The notes below the pieces were generated by a model. That model searched no databases. It was not told the origin of the DNA and saw nothing but the letters and a program-made list of their open reading frames with translations. Source: Sashavirus 536P12. From it: 55,927 nucleotides of DNA. The stretch lies in sequence record OZ035768.1. One strand, 5' to 3'. The translations under genes and the position numbers were made by a program. Of the stretch, positions 36,429 through 44,336 are shown in pieces (positions within the stretch are counted from its first letter, which is position 1; every line of letters starts with the position of its first letter).

Positions 36429-36817
36429 TGAATAACTTTAAATTCAGTCAGAGAAGTGAAAATAATCTGAAAGGGGTTAACCCAGATCTTGTGAAAATCG
36501 TGCGTCGGGCACTTCAGTTATCACCCGTTGATTTCGGTATCACAGAAGGTTTACGAACTGTTGAACGACAACGACAACTGGTTGCTGCAGGTAAAAGTCA
36601 GACAATGAACAGTCGTCATATTTCGGGTCACGCAGTGGATGTATTTGCTTATCCTACATCTGCCGGGTCGTGGGAGTGGAAGTATTACGAACAAATTGCC
36701 ACTGCATTTAAACAGGCTGCAAAAGAACTGAATATCCCTGTTGAATGGGGTGGTGACTGGAAAACACTGAAAGATGGTCCACACTTCCAGTTACCACATG
36801 CGAAATATCCGGCGTGA
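36425..36817 (+). CDS. endolysin, L-alanyl-D-glutamate peptidase (peptidase M15 / T5-type)
   Basis: 130 aa; metal-binding motif SRHISGHAVDV...; overlapping start with the upstream gene. Confidence 0.75.
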   Translation: MMNNFKFSQRSENNLKGVNPDLVKIVRRALQLSPVDFGITEGLRTVERQRQLVAAGKSQTMNSRHISGHAVDVFAYPTSAGSWEWKYYEQIATAFKQAAKELNIPVEWGGDWKTLKDGPHFQLPHAKYPA

Positions 36818-36827
36818 GATAACAATC

Positions 36828-37058
36828 ATGGATAAATTCAGCATATTACGTAACACAACCGGGGGGATCTCTTTAAGCCGCGCACAAGCGGCTTTAGGCT
36901 TCCTCGTGGTAACAGGTATTCTGATTTATCAGACCGTGGACCGCACACTTGATGATACAGTGCTGTTAACCTATTTCGGTTTCTGTATAGGTCAGTATGT
37001 TGGTGCTAAAAAAATCGCTGTAGATAAACAACGAGGTACACCAAATGACAACCCGTAG
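36828..37058 (+). CDS. holin-like small membrane protein (2 TM)
   Basis: ORF 36774; likely start ATG 36828; hydrophobic segments AALGFLVVTGILIY and VLLTYFGFCIGQYVGA. Confidence 0.4.
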   Translation: MDKFSILRNTTGGISLSRAQAALGFLVVTGILIYQTVDRTLDDTVLLTYFGFCIGQYVGAKKIAVDKQRGTPNDNP

Positions 37059-37443
37059 TGTGTTAATCACCGTTGTTGCAACTGTTCTGGTATTAGGCGC
37101 TGGTGCGTATACGTGTTACCACGCGGGATATAAAGCACGGGTAAATGAAGAACGTCAGGAACGTTTAGACGATGCACAACGGGAACAACAACGGTTAAAG
37201 GCACAACAGGAACTGGCAGATGATGTACTTCGTGGTTTAGCTGACTGGTCGCAGAATACTAAAATCGTGGAAATACGACATGAAAAGACTAATACTGTTT
37301 TTCGTAACGAGTGTCTTACTTCTGAATATCAACGCTTGTACAACGAACGAGTTACCGAAGCAGAAGCCCGTTTATCAGGCCGCATTAGTTCAGAAGTGTC
37401 AGACCGAAAACCTTCCACGGCTGAACGGTCTGACAGGAAGTGA
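37045..37443 (+). CDS. i-spanin (Rz-like)
   Basis: 132 aa; N-terminal TM (VLITVVATVLVLGAGAY) then charged coiled-coil; contains an out-of-frame lipoprotein gene. Confidence 0.55.
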   Translation: MTTRSVLITVVATVLVLGAGAYTCYHAGYKARVNEERQERLDDAQREQQRLKAQQELADDVLRGLADWSQNTKIVEIRHEKTNTVFRNECLTSEYQRLYNERVTEAEARLSGRISSEVSDRKPSTAERSDRK

Positions 37444-37528
37444 TTCAACAGATGTTAATGACCAGTGGTTAGATATTTATTTCAAATGTGCAACTATTCA
37501 CAACGCATTAGTAGACAGTCTTCAGTAA
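37280..37528 (+). CDS. o-spanin (Rz1-like outer-membrane lipoprotein)
   Basis: 82 aa; signal peptide and Cys (MKRLILFFVTSVLLLNINAC); starts inside the Rz-like gene in a different frame and extends past its stop. Confidence 0.5.
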   Translation: MKRLILFFVTSVLLLNINACTTNELPKQKPVYQAALVQKCQTENLPRLNGLTGSDSTDVNDQWLDIYFKCATIHNALVDSLQ

Positions 37529-37741
37529 ATCTTCAACCGATACTTCAATCCACGATGCGGGAACCGGATATTCAGTCCGGTACATGAACAAGGATGTTCC
37601 AATCAACCCGTGTGGATCTGTTTTAATCCCTCGCATGTTCAACAACGGAAAAAACTGTTCACGCGTTTGTGGCAACCTTGCAAAGCGCCCTGTGGGACGT
37701 TTCGCCGGGTCCATAGGGTTAAACTCAACGATTGTGGACAT
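37508..37741 (-). CDS. hypothetical protein
   Basis: 77-aa ORF overlapping the 3' end of the Dam-like gene by 17 nt; could instead be a frameshifted Dam C-terminus. Confidence 0.3.
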   Translation of the reverse strand: MSTIVEFNPMDPAKRPTGRFARLPQTREQFFPLLNMRGIKTDPHGLIGTSLFMYRTEYPVPASWIEVSVEDLLKTVY

Positions 37742-38246
37742 AACAATAACTCCTGTATGCTTGTCGTTTTATTTTCTGATAGTCAGAAACTTTTACAGAT
37801 CTCGTTTTACATTCACCAATACGATACGGGTCGAAAATAAACATTACCTGTGAACGATCATTTCCTCCTGCTGGTAACCCGGTGTCAGGGTCTACAAATG
37901 CTATACGGCCTTTAAACACCCATAGTTCCGAACAATGTGTCAGTGCTTTGTGAAACCAGTCTGCAGACGTCATAGCGTTCACGAGTAATAACGAACCAGT
38001 TCCCTGATGAACAGTGGTTATTATTTTATTAACCCAGGGAGACGGATCGCTGTACGGTGGGTTACACCAGATGAACCCACCACCATTACTTTGAACAATC
38101 GAATGCCAGTCTTTATTCAGACTATCAGTGATAAACAACGAACATTTAGCGTTAGAACCATCGGTACACACATCAAGAACAAGTGGGAATTCACGAGAAA
38201 CGTTATCAATAAAATCCCACGGTGTTTCCCAGTTGTCTTTAGCCAT
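37725..38246 (-). CDS. DNA N6-adenine methyltransferase (phage Dam / T1-Dam-like)
   Basis: N-terminal WETPWDFIDNV and catalytic CNPPYS motif. Confidence 0.65.
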   Translation of the reverse strand: MAKDNWETPWDFIDNVSREFPLVLDVCTDGSNAKCSLFITDSLNKDWHSIVQSNGGGFIWCNPPYSDPSPWVNKIITTVHQGTGSLLLVNAMTSADWFHKALTHCSELWVFKGRIAFVDPDTGLPAGGNDRSQVMFIFDPYRIGECKTRSVKVSDYQKIKRQAYRSYCYVHNR

Positions 38247-38592
38247 GTTCCGGTACGCTCTCCACGCTGTAGTAAACAGGAATACCCAACCGTTCAGCTT
38301 CTACAATTTCTGCCAGCGTACCAGATGAACGACGATAATCAGGAAGCACCAGAACAGCGTCACAACGGCGCATAACTTCTAATGTGCCTGACAGGTAGTA
38401 TTCAGGTTGTACATTGCGTAAACCGCCGTCAAAGTCCCACAATTCGGTGTTCTTGTGAGGGATAACCGGGAACCACCCCGGACGTTGTAAAGCAAGTCGT
38501 TTACCTGCCTGTTCAGCGCGTGACACGTTACGGGATGTTTTAAGCGCACAATCAGCACGATAAGGCCCGGCAATGTAACAGAGTTTAATCAT
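38239..38592 (-). CDS. DUF4406 / nucleoside 2-deoxyribosyltransferase-like protein
   Basis: ORF 38239..38622; likely start ATG 38592 (MIKLCYIAGPYR...); Rossmann-like pattern with conserved AGPY and trailing acidic residue. Confidence 0.45.
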   Translation of the reverse strand: MIKLCYIAGPYRADCALKTSRNVSRAEQAGKRLALQRPGWFPVIPHKNTELWDFDGGLRNVQPEYYLSGTLEVMRRCDAVLVLPDYRRSSGTLAEIVEAERLGIPVYYSVESVPEHG

Positions 38593-38926
38593 GGTTGTTT
38601 TCCTGCATCTGTAAGAACACAATCATTGCGGCACGGAGTGGGTTAGCGTGAATAACACATGAGTCATCCGCATAAATCATTTCTGTCGCATCACCAGTAA
38701 TTCCATCAATAGCAGCATTGTCAGGTAAAGCGATCCATGATGAATCTGTTGAAACAATACTAATTTTATTTTCAATAATAATCGGCATTGCATCGTTTGG
38801 TTTATTACAATAATCGACTACTTGATTCACCAGTTCGAGACGATGTTCATGTGATGGTTCACCGTACAATTTACGACTAACCATTGCGTTGATTGAAATA
38901 TCACTTAAAACGCTGTAATCAGTCAT
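38585..38926 (-). CDS. hypothetical protein
   Basis: 113-aa ORF. Confidence 0.45.
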   Translation of the reverse strand: MTDYSVLSDISINAMVSRKLYGEPSHEHRLELVNQVVDYCNKPNDAMPIIIENKISIVSTDSSWIALPDNAAIDGITGDATEMIYADDSCVIHANPLRAAMIVFLQMQENNHD

Positions 38927-39455
38927 GACGATTCATTCCTTCTAACATATCCCAGATAAGTGCAACACGACGCGGGTCAGTGCTGATAGTGTGTAGAGTT
39001 TCACACCCGTAATGCCACCCCCAGCGAACGGATAATTCTGACAGTAGGTAACCACGAGAATTAGCCAGTTCAGCCAGTTCACCGGGTTTAAACGTCGCTG
39101 TATTAGGTTCTGTAAGAACACGAGTACCACAGATAGCGTCACTGATGCGCCACGGTTTCATCAGGTTATCAACCTTATACCAGTTACTGATACTGATTTC
39201 AGACGTTCCCCAGCGTGCAGCCAGTTTAAGACGTTCCTGACGGGCCGGGAACATTGGCATCTGTGGTAAACGCAGTTGGATCTGTTCTGCAGGTTCGAAC
39301 ATGTCATCGTCTGTTAAACGGAATTCACCACGGTCATCAATATAAAAACCACGGGAACGACCATCACGGGTGAACCCGTCAACACGGTTGTAAATTTTAC
39401 CGGGAGTAAAGACACCAATCGGTGAACCAGCTACAAATTTGTGTGAAGTATGCAT
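38919..39455 (-). CDS. hypothetical protein
   Basis: 178-aa ORF directly downstream of the DNA polymerase gene. Confidence 0.5.
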   Translation of the reverse strand: MHTSHKFVAGSPIGVFTPGKIYNRVDGFTRDGRSRGFYIDDRGEFRLTDDDMFEPAEQIQLRLPQMPMFPARQERLKLAARWGTSEISISNWYKVDNLMKPWRISDAICGTRVLTEPNTATFKPGELAELANSRGYLLSELSVRWGWHYGCETLHTISTDPRRVALIWDMLEGMNRHD

Positions 39456-39494
39456 TGTTATCGCCTCAATAAGTTTTAAATAATTCTATACGGT

Positions 39495-41351
39495 TTACCG
39501 AAGTGGTGCAACGAGTTTTTCAGCTTCTTTGATGTAAAAATCATAATTGAGCGTTGCCCGGTTAAAACGTTTCATGTCGTTACATTCCGTGGTCAACCAA
39601 CCTTTGCACACGGACATACGGCGCTCAGGCGCGTCAGGGTTCAGTTTCAGTGATTTTGCCAGCGGTGGCATGACTTTTGTCAAAGGTGCACCATCTGTAC
39701 TGACGTAATAACGGGTAATGTTCTGAACCTGTTTATCACCCCATAGTAATTTGCTGTTACGCGGTACTTTCGTCACTAACATGAAATCGTGAATATCTTC
39801 GTGTGATGTTATAAAATCACGAATGTCTTTATTGTGTACCAGTGCTGCTTCAGCCGCTTTTGCGACAACCTGCATGCTGTGGTTTTGATGCCAACCAAGG
39901 TCAACACTGTGACAATAAGCACCTTTACGTTTAACTTTCTTACCACCTTCGTAAACAGCGATGTAGTTGTTTACGTCGCGAATAAACATCACGTCATAAA
40001 TCGCTTCTTCAAGCTGGAGTCTGGTTAATTTTTCCCACGCGTGACGAACCTGTTCTACTTGTCCGGTAAACACTCGTGGTACGTAAACCGTAAGACCATC
40101 TGTGTTAGCCTGGATCATGGACAAACCAGGGATTTTCAGAAGTTCTTCAGCCAACATGCACAAAAGTAATTGTCCGTTAATCGTAATAGCCATTGTATAA
40201 GCAGGATCGTAGAACGGGCTGTATACGTTATTACTGTCACCATACACACCGTTTAACGCCAGTTTTAACATTGCATTTTCTGGTGTACCTTTCGGGTAAC
40301 TGGAACGCATGTCATAAACATTTTTATAAATGGTGCAAAATTGTTTACCCAGATGTGCCGGATAAAGTTCATTACTGATCGCAAGGTTCGGGTAAAAACT
40401 GGCAACGTCCAGATCGATGATCACATAATTTTCAGTGGACCTGATAGTTTGAGACTCAATAGACCCGTGGATACCACCCGTACCAAAATCAAACGAGAAC
40501 CCGTTAATGTCTGCGCTTAAATCTGTAAATACACCTTTTGTTTCAGTGATGACCTGCTGACGTAACCAGTTAAGAACACGATTAAATTCAGGCTGTTCAA
40601 AACGGACATAAGGGAAAATCACGCTGTTTAATGCAATTGATAGTCTGTGCGTCTGTCGTGGTTTTCTACTACCCGGTTCGAAACATTGAATACCTGATTT
40701 TTCAAGTTCCATGATGAAATAGTCTTTACCGATTTTCGTGTCGTTATGGTTCATGAAATTACGACCGTATTTAGCAGAAAGTTCACGACGAAAATCTATC
40801 AGCTTTTTACTATGTTTATAAAACATCAAAGTCGCTTTCAAATCGTGTATCAGATATTGACGAAGCGTATCAATTTGAGAATCGGTTAAATAAGTCCCTG
40901 GGATAAACGGAAGGTCTTCAATGTTTTCCATTCTCATATTGAATTCAAGTGTTTTCAGACTTGTTCGTTTTGCCTGATTGTCGAAATGATGAATTTTATA
41001 CAAATCAAGCTGGGGAACTATCCAGTCTTTTTCCCACACCATATGAGCAAAACGATTTTCATCACCAGCGTTAATTATTGAATCACCTTTTTTATAAATG
41101 TCTGCGTTGGTGATATACATGATGTTGTTCAAAATAGAATGCTGAACAGGATAGTCGTAACCCAGATTGTTATAACCAATTTCTTCAGCACGATGTTCAC
41201 GCAAATATTCTGTGAACAGGTAAAAAGCCTGACGATCATCGCGACGATGTGAAATCTCAAAAATATAAGGCGTTTCAGTTAACGCGTGAATAGCACCGAA
41301 CAGAAAAACATTAGGATAGTTTTCAATATCGTGAACGTAAGCATCTGACAT
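39495..41351 (-). CDS. DNA polymerase (compact family-B-like with 3'-5' exonuclease motifs)
   Basis: 618 aa; Exo I-like HDIEN; motif A-like DLDVASFYPNL (DxxSLYPS); motif B-like KLALNGVYG (Kx3NSxYG); motif C-like ANTDGL (DTDS variant). Confidence 0.65.
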   Translation of the reverse strand: MSDAYVHDIENYPNVFLFGAIHALTETPYIFEISHRRDDRQAFYLFTEYLREHRAEEIGYNNLGYDYPVQHSILNNIMYITNADIYKKGDSIINAGDENRFAHMVWEKDWIVPQLDLYKIHHFDNQAKRTSLKTLEFNMRMENIEDLPFIPGTYLTDSQIDTLRQYLIHDLKATLMFYKHSKKLIDFRRELSAKYGRNFMNHNDTKIGKDYFIMELEKSGIQCFEPGSRKPRQTHRLSIALNSVIFPYVRFEQPEFNRVLNWLRQQVITETKGVFTDLSADINGFSFDFGTGGIHGSIESQTIRSTENYVIIDLDVASFYPNLAISNELYPAHLGKQFCTIYKNVYDMRSSYPKGTPENAMLKLALNGVYGDSNNVYSPFYDPAYTMAITINGQLLLCMLAEELLKIPGLSMIQANTDGLTVYVPRVFTGQVEQVRHAWEKLTRLQLEEAIYDVMFIRDVNNYIAVYEGGKKVKRKGAYCHSVDLGWHQNHSMQVVAKAAEAALVHNKDIRDFITSHEDIHDFMLVTKVPRNSKLLWGDKQVQNITRYYVSTDGAPLTKVMPPLAKSLKLNPDAPERRMSVCKGWLTTECNDMKRFNRATLNYDFYIKEAEKLVAPLR

Positions 41352-41431
41352 AATAAAACCCTGATAAGTAAATGGGGCACTATGGCCCCATGTCTGTTTA
41401 AAGCGGTATGTCGTCCCAGTTCCAGTAACTA

Positions 41432-42235
41432 TCAGTAACCGTTACCGTTGAGAAAATTCGGGGCCGGGGTGGTCATTACCATATAACCGTTAGCGATCAA
41501 TTGTTCATCGTTCCAACCTTGCGCAATAAACTGTTCGTAAGTAGCACCACCTGCTTTTTCAGTCATTACCTTCACAGGTGCTGCCGCTGGTGTAGGCGCT
41601 GCTACAGGTGCTGCCGCTGGTGTAGGCGCTGGTGTTACGCCGATCGGACGTGCACCTTCAGGCATTGCAGGAGCAGCACCGAACACAGAGGCAGGAGCCG
41701 GACCAGAAATAATTTCTTCACCTGCATAAAGCAATTGCGCCATTTCCATGTTGATATATACACCAGCCTGATTACCTGTACGACCGTTTGCAACAGATGA
41801 CCCGCTGATACGGTAGTAATAACCTTTTTTCGCCAGATTTTTATCAATAACTGGCTGGTACGCTGCGTTATAAACAGGACACGCGTCAATAGCCACGTTG
41901 CGTGAGAAACCAATTACCCAGTGACCAGCATAACCAGTTTTACTCGCATGTTTCGGATCGTCACCGTTAATAATTTTCCATGCGAAAGTGGGTTGTTGTG
42001 GTTCGCCGTTCACATAGTGTGAGTTAGCCGCTCGCATGATGGCCTGGAACACCGCACCAAGTTCACCTTGTTCTTCCCACCAGTTCGCAGCTGTTTTAGG
42101 AAATGCCAGACCAACCCACCAGTTATGTTTTTCAGGTGCTAACGGTTTATTTTCGTGGTCATGAGTGTTGATATCGAAAAAAGAACCGCCAACCAGACGA
42201 CCAACCGGAGTTACAAAAGATTCTTTCTGTGCCAT
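41432..42235 (-). CDS. ssDNA-binding protein candidate (gp2.5 / DUF2815-like)
   Basis: 267 aa; N-terminal FVTPVGRLVGGSFFD...KHNWWVGLAFPK pattern, Pro/Ala-rich linker, aromatic C-terminus; sits in the replication module. Confidence 0.35.
   Translation of the reverse strand: MAQKESFVTPVGRLVGGSFFDINTHDHENKPLAPEKHNWWVGLAFPKTAANWWEEQGELGAVFQAIMRAANSHYVNGEPQQPTFAWKIINGDDPKHASKTGYAGHWVIGFSRNVAIDACPVYNAAYQPVIDKNLAKKGYYYRISGSSVANGRTGNQAGVYINMEMAQLLYAGEEIISGPAPASVFGAAPAMPEGARPIGVTPAPTPAAAPVAAPTPAAAPVKVMTEKAGGATYEQFIAQGWNDEQLIANGYMVMTTPAPNFLNGNGY
41575..41636. repeat. 30-bp tandem repeat x2 inside CDS (encodes PAPTPAAAPV linker)
   Basis: CAGGTGCTGCCGCTGGTGTAGGCGCTG(C/G)T repeated directly. Confidence 0.8.
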
Positions 42236-42250
42236 GTTATTAACCTTCTT

Positions 42251-43396
42251 TTAAAGTGGACGTGCGCCAGTCGGCATCGTCACGGGTTTATTAAAAACAG
42301 ATTCTGCCAGTGTGCTGTGACCTTTACGCGGGTCACTGTCAGGTACTAAAACTGGCTGACCTTCTGGTTTTGTCGTACACATGTCAACAAGTGCCGGAGG
42401 CAGTGATTTTTCCAGTGTTGACAACGGTTTTAATTTACGTTCGTACAATGTTTCAGGGTTTACACCAAACATGGGTGCAGCACCGATCAGTTTTCCTTCG
42501 TCCGTAAGCTGACGTCGGGTTTGCTTTGTTGCAAGTTTAAAACCCGGTAAAGCCTTACCCATGCGAACAAAATGTAACCCCTGAGTATGTAACGCTGTTT
42601 TTGCTTCAGAAGAACGTGTATACAGTTCTTCAAGAAGTGCCAGACGACGCGCTACTTCTTCTGGCGTAAGTGATGGTGGTGCATCAAGAACAGTAGCCAA
42701 TTCTAAAACCCTCTCATACATTGCCGGACACATACCACGCGCCGGACAGTAATGACAATGACTACCAACATTTAACGGTGCGTCTGGTTTATGTGCTTCG
42801 TTAAACCCGTGTTTAAATCGTTCAGCCCATTCCATCAATGTTGCCCGGTTAAACTCCCATCGTCTTACAGGTCCGAGTGGGTGATAAGCCCGTGGCTGAA
42901 CAATTGTGAACACAACGCGCTTAACAGTGTCGATGCAACGTTGGTCCAGTGCATAATAGACCCCCTGTGAGTTATCAACTGCGTCAACTGCAACATGACC
43001 GTATTTATAATCCCATACGTAAAGCGTATCAGTATTAAAGTCATACCAGCGATAATCACAGGTTCCGTACTGACCGGGTAACAACCAGTCAATGTGAATG
43101 CGAACTTCTGAAAACAGCGGATCAAGTTTCGCACCAACTGAAAGAACATCTGCTATAAAGTCACCCGCGTAAATATGCATGTCTTCAGTAACCTGAACAC
43201 CGTTAGGAGCAAGACACGGCATTAATGGCGGTTTACCTTTAATCTTCTGTTCTAACACCCAGTGTCCGGCTGTACCTTCTTCAGCACTGGGTGATGATGG
43301 TTCTACATAATCAATCCGCTGTGACAGTTGAACGCTACCCGGACAAGCTAACCAACGTTTTGATCCACTGGCACTAAAGGTAGCGTGACTGGTCAT
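42251..43396 (-). CDS. PD-(D/E)xK nuclease with Cys cluster (Cas4 / DUF2800-like exonuclease)
   Basis: 381 aa; N-terminal SASGSKRWLACPGS, DYKYG (D/ExK), and CHYCPARGMC cysteine cluster. Confidence 0.55.
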   Translation of the reverse strand: MTSHATFSASGSKRWLACPGSVQLSQRIDYVEPSSPSAEEGTAGHWVLEQKIKGKPPLMPCLAPNGVQVTEDMHIYAGDFIADVLSVGAKLDPLFSEVRIHIDWLLPGQYGTCDYRWYDFNTDTLYVWDYKYGHVAVDAVDNSQGVYYALDQRCIDTVKRVVFTIVQPRAYHPLGPVRRWEFNRATLMEWAERFKHGFNEAHKPDAPLNVGSHCHYCPARGMCPAMYERVLELATVLDAPPSLTPEEVARRLALLEELYTRSSEAKTALHTQGLHFVRMGKALPGFKLATKQTRRQLTDEGKLIGAAPMFGVNPETLYERKLKPLSTLEKSLPPALVDMCTTKPEGQPVLVPDSDPRKGHSTLAESVFNKPVTMPTGARPL

Positions 43397-44166
43397 CAGA
43401 ATGCCCCACCCATTTGTTTAACAGACTCAGCCTGACCGACAATATTTTCAGCATCAGCAGGGGCAGCGTTAATACGTTCAATCAGTTCGATGATAGATTT
43501 CAGTTTTACTGGGTCGTCAATCTGCATCACGTTCTGAGTTTCATACAGTCCCATGATTCGCTGACTTAATGGCGCAGCACGGTCACCCGTAATTTGTCCA
43601 AACATCTGCATCAGTGCTGACTGAAGAACCTGTGTGTTATAAACTTTAGCCGGATCCGTGGTTACATGTTGCTCGATTGGTGCAGCCGGTGCTGCTGGTA
43701 CAACTGGAGCTACCGGAGCTACCGGAGCGGCAGGAACCGCTGGAGCAGGATCAACAGGTGCTACATAACCCGGTGCAAGTTCTGCAGGTCCGGTATAACG
43801 CCCTGCTTCAACTGCTTCAGCGATAAGTTCACGTTTAACACCGTCAACAAACGCTTCATCCAGTTTTTTCTTTTGACGCCACAGACCATCACCTTTGTTC
43901 AGGGATTTACTGTCAGTGTGGATACGCGGATCATGACGCAAACCCCATTTGTCGAACTCTTCAGTGCTGGTTTCATTATCGTCAACATCTTCAGTTGGTG
44001 CAGATACAACAGGCAATGATTCAGCAACGACAGTCACAGTTTCTTTAGTGATACCATCACCCTGAGCAGTCATGAGTGGTGCAGCACCAGTCGCAATAGC
44101 ATTTGCCAGATTGTTGATCGCAGTTTCCAGACCCGGAGCAGTTACAAGTAATTTAACTTCGAACAT
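43396..44166 (-). CDS. hypothetical protein with Pro/Ala-rich linker
   Basis: 256 aa; first gene of the minus-strand replication operon; PAPAVPAAPVAPVAPVVPAAPAAP linker. Confidence 0.5.
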   Translation of the reverse strand: MFEVKLLVTAPGLETAINNLANAIATGAAPLMTAQGDGITKETVTVVAESLPVVSAPTEDVDDNETSTEEFDKWGLRHDPRIHTDSKSLNKGDGLWRQKKKLDEAFVDGVKRELIAEAVEAGRYTGPAELAPGYVAPVDPAPAVPAAPVAPVAPVVPAAPAAPIEQHVTTDPAKVYNTQVLQSALMQMFGQITGDRAAPLSQRIMGLYETQNVMQIDDPVKLKSIIELIERINAAPADAENIVGQAESVKQMGGAF

Positions 44167-44192
44167 TACGTTTTCCTCTTGTTGTTTGGTTG

Positions 44193-44240
44193 TCGCTAAC
44201 TTTAAAAGGTGTTGTGTAATCTGTCAAGAATTATTTTACA
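44193..44240 (-). promoter_or_regulatory. conserved promoter element (P11)
   Basis: GTCAAGAATTATTTTACA at 44223-44240; minus-strand -35 TTGACA, -10 TAAAGT. Confidence 0.6.
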
Positions 44241-44255
44241 CTCGCCTTTCGTTGA

Positions 44256-44303
44256 TGCAGATGTTAGAGGAATGAGTTGCAATACGTCAAGAACTATTTT
44301 AAA
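44256..44303 (-). promoter_or_regulatory. conserved promoter element (P12, tandem with P11)
   Basis: GTCAAGAACTATTTTAAA at 44286-44303; minus-strand -35 TTGACG. Confidence 0.55.
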
Positions 44304-44336
44304 CTTTTTTCACGATTCGATATTACAGGGTAGAAA

